Shown: positions 7,795-16,020 of the stretch, piece by piece
How the letters are laid out: the number at the start of each line of letters is the position of its first letter
Position numbering within the stretch: position 1 is the first letter of the stretch
Origin: Acidimicrobiia bacterium
GTDB taxonomy: Bacteria; Actinomycetota; Acidimicrobiia; Spongiisociales; ZC4RG35
DNA: 57,722 nt
Assembly: GCA_035711995.1 (NCBI GenBank)
Contig: DASTBQ010000110.1
Location: forward strand, 1-57,722
Reading direction: 5' to 3'
Notes under the pieces: generated by a model
The model's database searches: none
The model's input: only the letters and a program-made list of their open reading frames with translations
What the model was told of the DNA's origin: nothing
Made by a program: the position numbers and the translations under genes

Positions 7795-7800
7795 CTCCTC
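7795..7800 (-). promoter_or_regulatory. Shine-Dalgarno (GAGGAG) of the repeat-protein gene
   Basis: Minus strand reads ...cgaccGAGGAGtgaccaTTGaccgataac. Confidence 0.7.
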
Positions 7801-7896
7801 GGTCGGGGTCGCTCACCGTACTCGTGTCGTAGTACCCCGCAGCCCGCCTCCCCACCCGCGTCTTTTCCGAGATAGGTTGGAGACAATTGCGAAGGG

Positions 7897-8298
7897 ATGA
7901 CAGTGATCGGATGGGTCGACAACATCGAAAGACTGACCGTGGAGAACGACGACTTCAGGAAAGTCGTGCACACCGGGAAGCACAGCCAGCTCACCGTCAT
8001 GTCGATACCACCCGGTGGAGAGATCGGTTGGGAGGCTCATAATCACCTCGACCAATTCCTGCGTATCGAACAGGGCAAGGGCCGACTCGATCTCGGTACC
8101 AGTGATGACTCGGTCGACGAGAGCCATGAGATCGAGGACGACTGGGCATTGATCGTCCCCGCAGGGACCTGGCACAACGTGGTGAACACGGGCGACGGTG
8201 ACCTCAAGTTGTATTCGATCTACTCACCTCCGGAGCACCCCGACGGAACCGTGCATCGCACCAAGACCGAGGCGGACGCGGACGAACACCATCACTGA
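7897..8298 (+). CDS. Small cupin-2 domain protein with an acidic/His-rich C-terminal tail
   Basis: Cupin motif 1 is GGEIGWEAHNHLDQFLRIEQG and motif 2 is VPAGTWHNVVN. The C-terminus is EADADEHHH. It is transcribed divergently from the repeat operon. Confidence 0.8.
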   Translation: MTVIGWVDNIERLTVENDDFRKVVHTGKHSQLTVMSIPPGGEIGWEAHNHLDQFLRIEQGKGRLDLGTSDDSVDESHEIEDDWALIVPAGTWHNVVNTGDGDLKLYSIYSPPEHPDGTVHRTKTEADADEHHH

Positions 8299-8333
8299 GA
8301 GGACCACTCGAAGGCTGCCGTATGCAGAGAAGG

Positions 8334-8371
8334 GTGCTGGCCGGAATTCTTCGACGGTCCCGGACCAGCAC
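8334..8371. terminator. Hairpin between the cupin gene and the tRNA-Pro 3' end
   Basis: GTGCTGGCCGG ... CCGGACCAGCAC, an 11-bp stem with a 1-nt bulge. Confidence 0.45.
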
Positions 8372-8378
8372 CTGTGAG

Positions 8379-8452
8379 TCGGGACGGCGGGATTTGAACC
8401 CACGACCTCAGCGTCCCGAACGCTGCGCGCTACCAAGCTGCGCCACGTCCCG
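8379..8452 (-). tRNA. tRNA-Pro (anticodon CGG)
   Basis: Hand-folded cloverleaf: CGGGACG-TG-GCGC-AGCTTGGTA-GCGC-G-CAGCG-TTCGGGA-CGCTG-AGGTC-GTGGG-TTCAAAT-CCCGC-CGTCCCG-A. 74 nt. CCA is not encoded. Confidence 0.93.
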
Positions 8453-8590
8453 ATCTGGCAAGGAATTGTACCGACAGGTCTCGGAGACGCCAGATCGGGG
8501 CTCCCGAATTCGGTCGTTGCGCACTCAAAATCGGCTCTTCACTACTGGTAGTTGCCGAGATAGTCTGTCCCGGTCAAGATCGAGGAGCCG

Positions 8591-8899
8591 ATGACCGCTT
8601 ACGACGCACGTCTTCGAATCCAGGGCGAGGAAGCCACGCCAGTATCCGTCGTGGTCGACCTGACCGACAACCACTTGAAGATGATCGTCGGTGAGGAAGA
8701 GGTCGCCGACTGGGCTCGGGATGAGATGCGAATCTCTGCGATGCCAGACGGCTTCCACATCCGGGCCGACGGTGAGGCGATCATCCTCGACGTCACGGAC
8801 GACGCCCACTTCGCACTCGAGCTTGGGCTGCGTAACGCTCATCCGGCACTCCGCCGGCGGATGGCAGCATTGATGCGGTCAGACGAGCCGACCGTTTGA
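8591..8899 (+). CDS. Hypothetical small cytoplasmic protein
   Basis: 102-aa ORF with coding-like GC3 and GAGGAG just upstream of the ATG. I recognise no motif. Confidence 0.5.
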   Translation: MTAYDARLRIQGEEATPVSVVVDLTDNHLKMIVGEEEVADWARDEMRISAMPDGFHIRADGEAIILDVTDDAHFALELGLRNAHPALRRRMAALMRSDEPTV

Positions 8900-9907
8900 T
8901 CAGACCAGCAGTTCGGCTATCTGAACCGCGTTCAGTGCTGCTCCCTTGCGGAGGTTGTCCCCGACCACCCAGAGGTTGATCCCACCCGGCGTCGAAACCG
9001 TGGCCCTCACCCGCCCAACCAGCACCTCATCGCGGCCTGCGCTGTCGAGGGGGGTCGGTGTCGTGTCCTTCCACAAATCGACCCCTGGCGCCGAACTCAG
9101 GACCGACATCGCCTCGTCGGCTGAGATCGGTCTGTCGAAGAGCAGGGTGGCGGCCACACCATGGCCCACAAGTACCGGAACCCGGACACATGTCGGCTCC
9201 ACAGCGAGATCGGGGATGTCGAGGATCTTCCTCGTCTCATTGACCAACTTCATCTCTTCGTCGGTGTATCCCCCCTCGACCTCGTTGCCTGCGAAGGGCA
9301 ACACGTTGAAGGCGATCGGTCTTTCGTAGATGTTTGGCCCCGGATCCACCCAGCCACCGATCATCAGCGAGTCGAGGTCCGACCCGAGCGGGCCCTGCTG
9401 TTCCAGCAACTCGGTGACACCCTGATGACCCGATCCAGACACGGCCTGATACGAGGTCGCCACCATTGAACGGAGACCGGCTGCCTCATGAAGAGGCCCG
9501 GCAGCCATCATCAGCGCCATCGTGGTGCAGTTCGGGTTTGCGACGATCCCTTTGTGACTTGCGGCAGCCCCGTCGTTGACACCGACTACGACGAGGGGCA
9601 CCTCCGGCACCATCCGGAACGCCGAGGAGTTGTCCACCACGACGGCGCCCGCATCGGCGAAACGCGCCGCGTGCTGTTTCGACCTCTCCCCTCCCGCTGA
9701 AAAGAGGGCGAAATCGATGCCGGACGGGTCCATGGTGTCGAGATCCTCCACCATCACTGGTCCGGCGAAGGTGTCGATCGTGGAGCCGGCGGAACGCTTG
9801 GAGGCAGCCAGACGAAGCTCGTCTACTGAGAAAGCGCGCTGCTCCAGAATCGAGAGCATGGTGCGTCCAACCGCACCAGTGGCACCCACCACTGCGACGT
9901 TGGTCAC
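8900..9907 (-). CDS. asd: Aspartate-semialdehyde dehydrogenase
   Basis: [11 protein letters not shown] Rossmann motif and the NPNCTT active-site Cys motif. It is coupled to aspartokinase upstream by a 4-nt overlap. Confidence 0.93.
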   Translation of the reverse strand: MTNVAVVGATGAVGRTMLSILEQRAFSVDELRLAASKRSAGSTIDTFAGPVMVEDLDTMDPSGIDFALFSAGGERSKQHAARFADAGAVVVDNSSAFRMVPEVPLVVVGVNDGAAASHKGIVANPNCTTMALMMAAGPLHEAAGLRSMVATSYQAVSGSGHQGVTELLEQQGPLGSDLDSLMIGGWVDPGPNIYERPIAFNVLPFAGNEVEGGYTDEEMKLVNETRKILDIPDLAVEPTCVRVPVLVGHGVAATLLFDRPISADEAMSVLSSAPGVDLWKDTTPTPLDSAGRDEVLVGRVRATVSTPGGINLWVVGDNLRKGAALNAVQIAELLV

Positions 9908-10884
9908 TTCGAAGTCTCCATCTGAAAGAGTCGAGTATGTAAGAACCGCACCGCGTCCTCAATTTGTTCCGCAGCTACGTGGAGCGAGACGGAGTGCTCG
10001 TCGGATCCGATGATTGCACTGACGATGCCCGCCTCACCGAGACCGATCGTCGCGTCGTTTGCCGTCGGGTTTGCCTCGGCACCCACGACCGTCACGACAC
10101 CGTGATCTCCGGCAGGACGCTGCGCGATGCCCACGAAGTCTCTGACAGGTGCCTCCGGTTTGACCCACGTCCCGCCGTCATCGCTGAACGACGACCTGAC
10201 ATGAACTGAGACATTTTGGTCACGTGCGGTCTCGACTGACTGAGGCATCAGCACTCCGGCTCCGGCCGCGGCGAAGGCCAGCATCTGGTCGTATTCGACC
10301 TCGGAGAGCAGTAGGGCGGCGGGCACGATCTGCGGGTCTGCCGTGAAGACACCAGTCACGTCGGTGAGGATCTCGCAAGCAGCGGCGTCCAAGGTGGCGG
10401 CTAGCGCGACCGCCGTCGTGTCCGACCCGCCCCTACCAAGGGTCGTGATCTCCTTCGAGGTCGGGTCGACGCCCTGGAACCCGGCCACGATCACCACCTT
10501 TCCCTCCGTGATCGACTGTCTGACCCGCTCACCGGTGATCTGGGTGATTCGGGCTCCGCCGTGTGCCGAGTCGGTGAGGATGCCCGCCTGGGAACCTGTG
10601 TAGCTGACTGCCGGGACTCCCCTGTCGTTGAGCGCCATCGCCAGGAGTGCCATCGAGATACGCTCCCCAGCCGTGAGGAGCATGTCCATCTCACGAGGGT
10701 GTGGCGCCTTGCTCACCTCTGCCGCCAGTTGCAGGAGTGAGTTGGTGGTCTGACCCATCGCGGACACCACGACGACAACCTGGTTGCCGTCGTCGCGAGC
10801 CCGGACCACCCGATCAGCCACGGCCCGTATCCGGCTCGGGTCGGCCACCGAGGTGCCCCCATACTTCTGCACGATGATCGGCAT
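9904..10884 (-). CDS. lysC: Aspartate kinase (short form with a single ACT-like regulatory domain)
   Basis: [21 protein letters not shown] and [14 protein letters not shown] are present. Start trimmed to ATG 10882-10884. Only about 75 aa follow the kinase domain. Confidence 0.88.
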   Translation of the reverse strand: MPIIVQKYGGTSVADPSRIRAVADRVVRARDDGNQVVVVVSAMGQTTNSLLQLAAEVSKAPHPREMDMLLTAGERISMALLAMALNDRGVPAVSYTGSQAGILTDSAHGGARITQITGERVRQSITEGKVVIVAGFQGVDPTSKEITTLGRGGSDTTAVALAATLDAAACEILTDVTGVFTADPQIVPAALLLSEVEYDQMLAFAAAGAGVLMPQSVETARDQNVSVHVRSSFSDDGGTWVKPEAPVRDFVGIAQRPAGDHGVVTVVGAEANPTANDATIGLGEAGIVSAIIGSDEHSVSLHVAAEQIEDAVRFLHTRLFQMETSK

Positions 10885-10967
10885 CCGCACAGTTTGGATC
10901 GTCGGCCAGCTCAATACGAAACACTGTCATCGGATTGAGGCCGCCCCGAGCCTAAAGTCGCGCCGCC

Positions 10968-11759
10968 ATGACCGACCGACGTCAGCGCCAGAAGGAACAA
11001 CGCGCAGCCAAACGCGAGGCAGAGCGCAAGCAGGAGTCTCGCCGCGCATTGTTCCGCACGTTGGGGATGGCACTCCTCTTCGGTCTCGTAGTAGTGCTCA
11101 TCTTCGCCGTCGGAGGTCTGTTCGATGGCGGTTCGGACACCGTGCCGGGATCGTACGAGGACTACAGGAGCCAACCGACTGCATGTGGCGGCGAGGCGCC
11201 TCCCCCTGAGCAGGTGATGACCTTTGACGCACCCGAGCAGCAGGCGGACATCACCGCTGAGAGCACCGTCACTGCCAACATCGTCACGTCCTGTGGCGAA
11301 TTCGTGCTCGACCTGAACACCGCCGAGGCGCCGGAAACCGTCAACTCCTTCGTGTTTCTGGCCAGGGAGGGGTTTTACGACGGTCAGGTGATCCATCGAA
11401 TCGTGGAGAACTATGTCTTCCAGGGTGGTGACCCCGAAGCCGACGGCACCGGCGGGCCCGGATACGTCATCGCCGACGAATTCCCCGACGATCCCGACTT
11501 CGTATATGAGCCCGGTGTCGTGGCGATGGCCAACCGCGGAGCGCGATCGACCGGTTCTCAGTTCTTCGTGGTGACCGGTGACGACGGCCAGTTTCTCACC
11601 AACAACTTCAACGTGCTGGGAACCGTCATCTCCGGCGAGGATTCTATTGGAGCGATCATGGAAGTCCCGACCGGGACGGCACCCGGTTCTGTGGAGCAGA
11701 GCAGACCCCTCGAGACCGTCTACATCGAATCGATAACCATCGACGTAGCCGAATCTTGA
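10968..11759 (+). CDS. Membrane-anchored cyclophilin-type peptidyl-prolyl cis-trans isomerase
   Basis: Basic N-terminus plus a TM helix, then HRIVENYVFQGGDP, GGPGY, VAMANRGARSTGSQFFV. Confidence 0.9.
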   Translation: MTDRRQRQKEQRAAKREAERKQESRRALFRTLGMALLFGLVVVLIFAVGGLFDGGSDTVPGSYEDYRSQPTACGGEAPPPEQVMTFDAPEQQADITAESTVTANIVTSCGEFVLDLNTAEAPETVNSFVFLAREGFYDGQVIHRIVENYVFQGGDPEADGTGGPGYVIADEFPDDPDFVYEPGVVAMANRGARSTGSQFFVVTGDDGQFLTNNFNVLGTVISGEDSIGAIMEVPTGTAPGSVEQSRPLETVYIESITIDVAES

Positions 11760-11791
11760 CGGGCTGACAGGGCATCATCGGCCCTGAGCTG

Positions 11792-12637
11792 ATGACTGTC
11801 GATCTTCACACCCACTCCACCGCCTCCGATGGGTCGGACCCACCGGAACGAATCGTGGAGCTCGCCGCTGAGGCCGGTCTGACGTGCGTCGCTCTCACCG
11901 ACCATGACACCCAGGAAGCTGTGACTGCGGCCGTATCGGCGGCGAGGAGATTCGGTATCGAAGTGATACCGGGTGTCGAGCTATCCCTTGGATACGACGA
12001 AGGCGGAATGCATCTCGTGGTTCTTTGGCTCGAGCCCGGTCCCGGACCGTTGCAGGACCGGCTCCCCGGCCTTCAGGGAGGCCGCGGGGAGCGCAACGAA
12101 CGCATCGTGGCACGGCTCACCGAGCTGGGCATGCCGATCACAATCGAAGAGGTCATGGCCGAGGCCGGTGGAGGCACCGTTGGCCGTCCTCACATCGCCG
12201 CGGTGATGATGCGTCACGGCTACGTGCCCGACATCAACACTGCATTCGAAGTGTGGCTCGGTTCCGGTCTTCCCGCGTACGCGGCACGTGCTCGTCTCGA
12301 TCCCGAGGAGGCGATCGCCCTGGCGCGAGAATCTGGTGCCGTGCCCATCCTGGCCCACCCACATACCCTCGGACTGACGACCGCTCCGGCAATGGCGGAC
12401 ATGCTGACCCGTCTTCGTCGAGCCGGGCTGGTTGGTCTCGAGGCCCATTACTCGAGCTACAGACGACACGAGCGCGCCGGTTACGCCGACCTGGCCCAAC
12501 GTTTCGAGCTGATCCCGTCCGGCGGCAGTGACTACCACGGGACTTACAAGCCAGGCCTCTCTATCGCCACCGGGTACGGCGACCTGACGGTTCCTGTCGA
12601 GGTGGTCGACCGTCTCCGCGAACAAGTCGGCAAGTGA
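11792..12637 (+). CDS. PHP-domain phosphoesterase (TrpH/YciV-like)
   Basis: VDLHTHSTASDG, ALTDHDT, ILAHP, GGSDYHG. Confidence 0.85.
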   Translation: MTVDLHTHSTASDGSDPPERIVELAAEAGLTCVALTDHDTQEAVTAAVSAARRFGIEVIPGVELSLGYDEGGMHLVVLWLEPGPGPLQDRLPGLQGGRGERNERIVARLTELGMPITIEEVMAEAGGGTVGRPHIAAVMMRHGYVPDINTAFEVWLGSGLPAYAARARLDPEEAIALARESGAVPILAHPHTLGLTTAPAMADMLTRLRRAGLVGLEAHYSSYRRHERAGYADLAQRFELIPSGGSDYHGTYKPGLSIATGYGDLTVPVEVVDRLREQVGK

Positions 12638-14163
12638 GCCGTCCGATACGCATGGGGACCGCGGCGGCAGTGGTCGCTGCCAGCATCCTCCTCTCGCGTC
12701 TCCTCGGTCTGATACGCGACGCGCTGATCGCCGGGCTCATCGGAGCCGGCCCCGAGGCCGACCTCTACTTCGACGCCTTCCTGATCCCGGACACACTCAA
12801 CTACTTGCTCGCCGGGGCCTACCTCACCATCACCCTGGTCCCGATCTTGAGCCGGCACCTGGAGAACTCGGATCCGGAACGAGCCAGTCGGGCGTTTACG
12901 TCTGTGTTCCGATTCGTCGCAATCGCAATCCTGGGTCTCACCGCGCTGATGTGGCTGTTCGCCCCACAGCTGATCGAGCTCCTCTTCCCCCAGATCGAAG
13001 ACACGGCGAGACTCACAAATCTGACCCGGCTGGTGTTGCCGGCTCAGGTCTTCCTCGTCGTCGGTGCCCTGCTCATGGCTGTCCAGTACACCCACAAGCG
13101 CTTCCTCTACCCATCGATCGCACCGCTGGTCTACAACCTCGGGATAATCGCCGGTGGTCTGGTCGGCTGGGCCGGCGGAGATCCGTCGCCAGAGTCGTTC
13201 CTGATAGGCGCGGTGGTGGGAGCCGCGGTAGGCAACTTCGGTCTGCAATGGATCGGCGCCAGGAAGACCGGCACTTGGTTCACCAGAACTGACGGCGAGT
13301 CATCCGTGCGTGAGTATCTGGTGCTGGCGATCCCACTGATGGTCGGCCAGTCGGTCGCGGTACTCGACGAGCAGTTCGTCCGCTTCTTCGGACAGGTCGA
13401 GGAAGGGGCCACGGCGGCCCTCACGTTCGCAAGACGTCTCAACATGGTCCCCGTAGGCGTCATCGCGCAGGCGGCAGGTGTCGCCGCTTTTCCGTTCCTG
13501 GCCAGTCTGGCGGCCCGGGGTGCGAACGACGAGTTGGTGGAGACCACGGGGAGGGCGGCGCGAAAGACGCTGTTCGTGGCGGCAGCTGCCACTGCAGGCC
13601 TCGTGGTGCTCGCCAAGCCGGCCGTGACTTTGATCTACGAATACGGCAAGTTCACCAGTGAAGACGCCGACCTGGTTGCCGACCTGCTGACCATCTATGC
13701 CTTCTCGATCCCGGCGTGGGGCATGCATCAACTCTTGGTGCGCCATTTCTATGCGAAGAGGAAGATGTGGACGCCGGTCATCATCGGGACCCTGTTCAGC
13801 CTCGTCGCGATCCCGGTGTGGCTCGGGCTCTACCAATCCATTGGTGTCGAAGGTTTTGCCCTGGCGTCGACGTTGGTGATGATCGGCTATGCCCTCGGCA
13901 TGTTGATCGCCTGGGGCTACGACTCGGGGTGGGCGGCCGTGAGACGTCTGGCACCGGCTTTCGCAAGAGGGATGATCTCGGCCGGTCTCTCCGGGGGGAT
14001 CGGATGGTTCATGGTGAACGGCCTCATCGGCGATGACCCCCTGACTCCGCTCAGCGCACTCTGGATCTCTCTGGTAGGGGGTATCACAACCCTTGCGCTC
14101 TTTCTCGGCTTCTCGGCATTGTTCAGGTCCCCCGAGATGAGAGAGGTGCTTCGGCGACGATGA
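12634..14163 (+). CDS. murJ: Lipid II flippase MurJ/MviN
   Basis: 509-aa polytopic protein. The N-terminal LSRLLGLIRDALIAGLIGAGPEADLYFDAFLIPD is typical of MurJ. It has a 4-nt overlap with the PHP gene. Confidence 0.88.
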   Translation: MSRPIRMGTAAAVVAASILLSRLLGLIRDALIAGLIGAGPEADLYFDAFLIPDTLNYLLAGAYLTITLVPILSRHLENSDPERASRAFTSVFRFVAIAILGLTALMWLFAPQLIELLFPQIEDTARLTNLTRLVLPAQVFLVVGALLMAVQYTHKRFLYPSIAPLVYNLGIIAGGLVGWAGGDPSPESFLIGAVVGAAVGNFGLQWIGARKTGTWFTRTDGESSVREYLVLAIPLMVGQSVAVLDEQFVRFFGQVEEGATAALTFARRLNMVPVGVIAQAAGVAAFPFLASLAARGANDELVETTGRAARKTLFVAAAATAGLVVLAKPAVTLIYEYGKFTSEDADLVADLLTIYAFSIPAWGMHQLLVRHFYAKRKMWTPVIIGTLFSLVAIPVWLGLYQSIGVEGFALASTLVMIGYALGMLIAWGYDSGWAAVRRLAPAFARGMISAGLSGGIGWFMVNGLIGDDPLTPLSALWISLVGGITTLALFLGFSALFRSPEMREVLRRR

Positions 14164-14165
14164 GA

Positions 14166-14372
14166 TCAGTCGCCGGGTCTCACCAGGTCGAGTGGTGGCA
14201 GAGGTCTTTCCGGCTGGACCGCCCTCACCCAGGCCGGTAACTCGTTCCCGCGCTTTCTCTTGCCCTGCCTGATCGCATGCTCCTCGCGGGCGATCTGATC
14301 GAGCACAACAGCAATCACCGCTGCTTCGAATTCGCCCGCACCACCCTTGATCTCGATCGCTCTCTCAGACAT
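14166..14372 (-). CDS. Possible acyl-CoA carboxylase epsilon subunit-like small protein
   Basis: 68 aa with E/A-rich helix AAVIAVVLDQIAREE followed by a basic/Pro-rich tail, resembling AccE/PccE. It overlaps the epimerase stop by 8 nt. Confidence 0.4.
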   Translation of the reverse strand: MSERAIEIKGGAGEFEAAVIAVVLDQIAREEHAIRQGKRKRGNELPAWVRAVQPERPLPPLDLVRPGD

Positions 14373-14811
14373 CGTTCAGCTCCACCAATTCCACAAGAGT
14401 GCCGACCACCTCATCGGGACGCACGAAGACCGACCGGTGACCGCGGGCCCCGATACGGGGCTCGAGGTCGACCAGCTCGACGCCGGTGACGGAGAGATGG
14501 GCCACGGCTTCGTCGATCGATGTGACGGTATAGGCGACATGATGCAGACCTTCACCTATCTTCGACAAGAAACGACCAATCGGGGTTTCAGCCTTCAAAG
14601 GCCGGAGCAGTTGAACGAACGAGGCACCGACCGGGATCATCGCCTGCTCGACTCCCTCCGAATCGACCGTCTCCCGATACAGCGGCTCCACTCGATATCG
14701 GACCCGATAGGTGTCGATCGCGGCGTCGAGATCTGAGACCACGATTCCGACATGATCTAGATTCAACAACTTCACGCCGCTGAGCGTATGCGGCGTCATG
14801 AGCCCTGTCAT
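14365..14811 (-). CDS. Methylmalonyl-CoA epimerase (VOC/glyoxalase fold)
   Basis: LDHVGIVV, GEGLHHVAY and VFVRP...GTLVELVE are present. Alternative starts at 14835 and 14799. Confidence 0.85.
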   Translation of the reverse strand: MTGLMTPHTLSGVKLLNLDHVGIVVSDLDAAIDTYRVRYRVEPLYRETVDSEGVEQAMIPVGASFVQLLRPLKAETPIGRFLSKIGEGLHHVAYTVTSIDEAVAHLSVTGVELVDLEPRIGARGHRSVFVRPDEVVGTLVELVELNDV

Positions 14812-14835
14812 CCGTTGCCCGGTACCATCACACAA

Positions 14836-16020
14836 GTGAGCAACACCGTGATCACCGGCATCGCAAGGACCCCTATCGGCAAGTATGGCGGGGCATTACG
14901 ACCGATGTCCGCAGTCGACCTCGGAGGCGCGGCAGTCTCGGCAGCCGTGACCCGATCCGAACTCGACCCTTCGGTCTTCGACGAAGTCGTGCTCGGGCAC
15001 GTCCTCCAGGCAGGAGCCGGTCAGATCACTTCCAGGCAGGCGGCCGTTGCGGGGGGTCTGCCCATGACCGTCCCTTCACTCACCGTCAACAAGGTCTGTC
15101 TCTCCGGGATGGCAGCGATCGGACTGGCGGCACGCGCCATCGCCCAAGGTGACTCGAAGTTCGTGATGACCGGTGGGATGGAATCGATGTCGAACGCACC
15201 ACACGTCGTCCGCGAGTTGCGCTGGGGGGCGCGCATCGGCGACGTCCCCATGGTCGACGTGATGCAACACGACGGCCTCTTCTGCGCTTTCGACAACTGC
15301 ACGATGGGTGAGTCCTCGGACCGTAAGAACGAACTCCTCGGCATCGACCGTTCCGAACAAGACGCGTGGGCAGCCAGGAGTCACCAACTCGCCGCCGAGG
15401 CGACCGACAACGGTCAGTTCTCAAGCGAGATCGTCCCGGTTTCGGTGCCGCAGAGAGGCGGAGAGCCTGTGGAAGTGACCGTCGACGAGGGGATCCGACC
15501 CGGTTCTACCGCCGAGTCGATGGCGTCACTCCGCCCCGCATTCGCCTCAACGGGGACGATCACCGCGGGCAACGCCTCTCAAATCTCAGATGGGGCAGCC
15601 GCGGTGGTGGTTGCAGATCGCGATGCTGCCGGAGCCGCCGGCGCACCGGTTGTCGCCGAGATCCTCTCGTACGGACAGATCGGAGGGGTCGACGCCACCC
15701 TCCACGAGCGACCCGCAGAAGCCCTTCTGATCGCCTTGAAGAAGGCTGGTCTCGAGCCCGCCGACCTCGACCTGGTCGAGATCAACGAGGCGTTCGCCGC
15801 CGTGGCACTGTGGTCGGCGCGGATGCTCGACATTCCCGAGACCAAGGTCAACGTGAACGGTGGGGCAGTCGCCCTCGGCCACCCGCTCGGGGCCACCGGT
15901 GCGAGGATCGTTGTCACACTCATCAACGCCCTCCGCTATCGAGGTGGTGGCATCGGCGCCGCCACACTCTGCGGCGGTGGCGGTCAAGGCGACGCCATAG
16001 TGCTCAGAGTCGAGGGTTGA
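14836..16020 (+). CDS. Acetyl-CoA C-acetyltransferase (thiolase II)
   Basis: VITGIARTPIGKYGG, NKVCLSGM (active-site Cys), NVNGGAVALGHPLGATG and CGGGGQG. GTG start at 14836. ORF-track start 14788 overlaps the divergent gene. Confidence 0.92.
   Translation: MSNTVITGIARTPIGKYGGALRPMSAVDLGGAAVSAAVTRSELDPSVFDEVVLGHVLQAGAGQITSRQAAVAGGLPMTVPSLTVNKVCLSGMAAIGLAARAIAQGDSKFVMTGGMESMSNAPHVVRELRWGARIGDVPMVDVMQHDGLFCAFDNCTMGESSDRKNELLGIDRSEQDAWAARSHQLAAEATDNGQFSSEIVPVSVPQRGGEPVEVTVDEGIRPGSTAESMASLRPAFASTGTITAGNASQISDGAAAVVVADRDAAGAAGAPVVAEILSYGQIGGVDATLHERPAEALLIALKKAGLEPADLDLVEINEAFAAVALWSARMLDIPETKVNVNGGAVALGHPLGATGARIVVTLINALRYRGGGIGAATLCGGGGQGDAIVLRVEG

Noticed and set aside
7347-7875. Long ORFs in other frames across the repeat array (7387-7875 +, 7392-7628 +, 7347-7733 -, and the tail of 6788-7900 +), for example the His/Cys/Arg-rich HHHCRSSRH repeats.
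   Set aside because: They are by-products of a stop-free 24-bp repeat. Unit classes that are synonymous in the 7414-7788(-) frame are non-synonymous in these frames. They lack an RBS and overlap the well-supported gene.
5334-8452. Genomic island integrated at tRNA-Pro.
   Set aside because: There is no integrase or recombinase. I noticed no direct repeat of the tRNA 3' end. Apart from the repeat array, flanking genes share the same GC-rich codon style.
15366-16019. N-terminal extensions offered by the ORF track: 15366-16019 before glpX, 2889-3086, 17906-18421, 30863-31318, 33004-33144, 33803-33886, 37065-37160, 43047-43313, 47754-48074, 53918-54205, 22008-22163 and 801-866.
   Set aside because: These extensions overlap the preceding verified gene, or a terminator, and are Arg/Pro-rich junk. 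Conserved N-termini begin at internal ATG/GTG/TTG codons, often forming ATGA-type overlaps.
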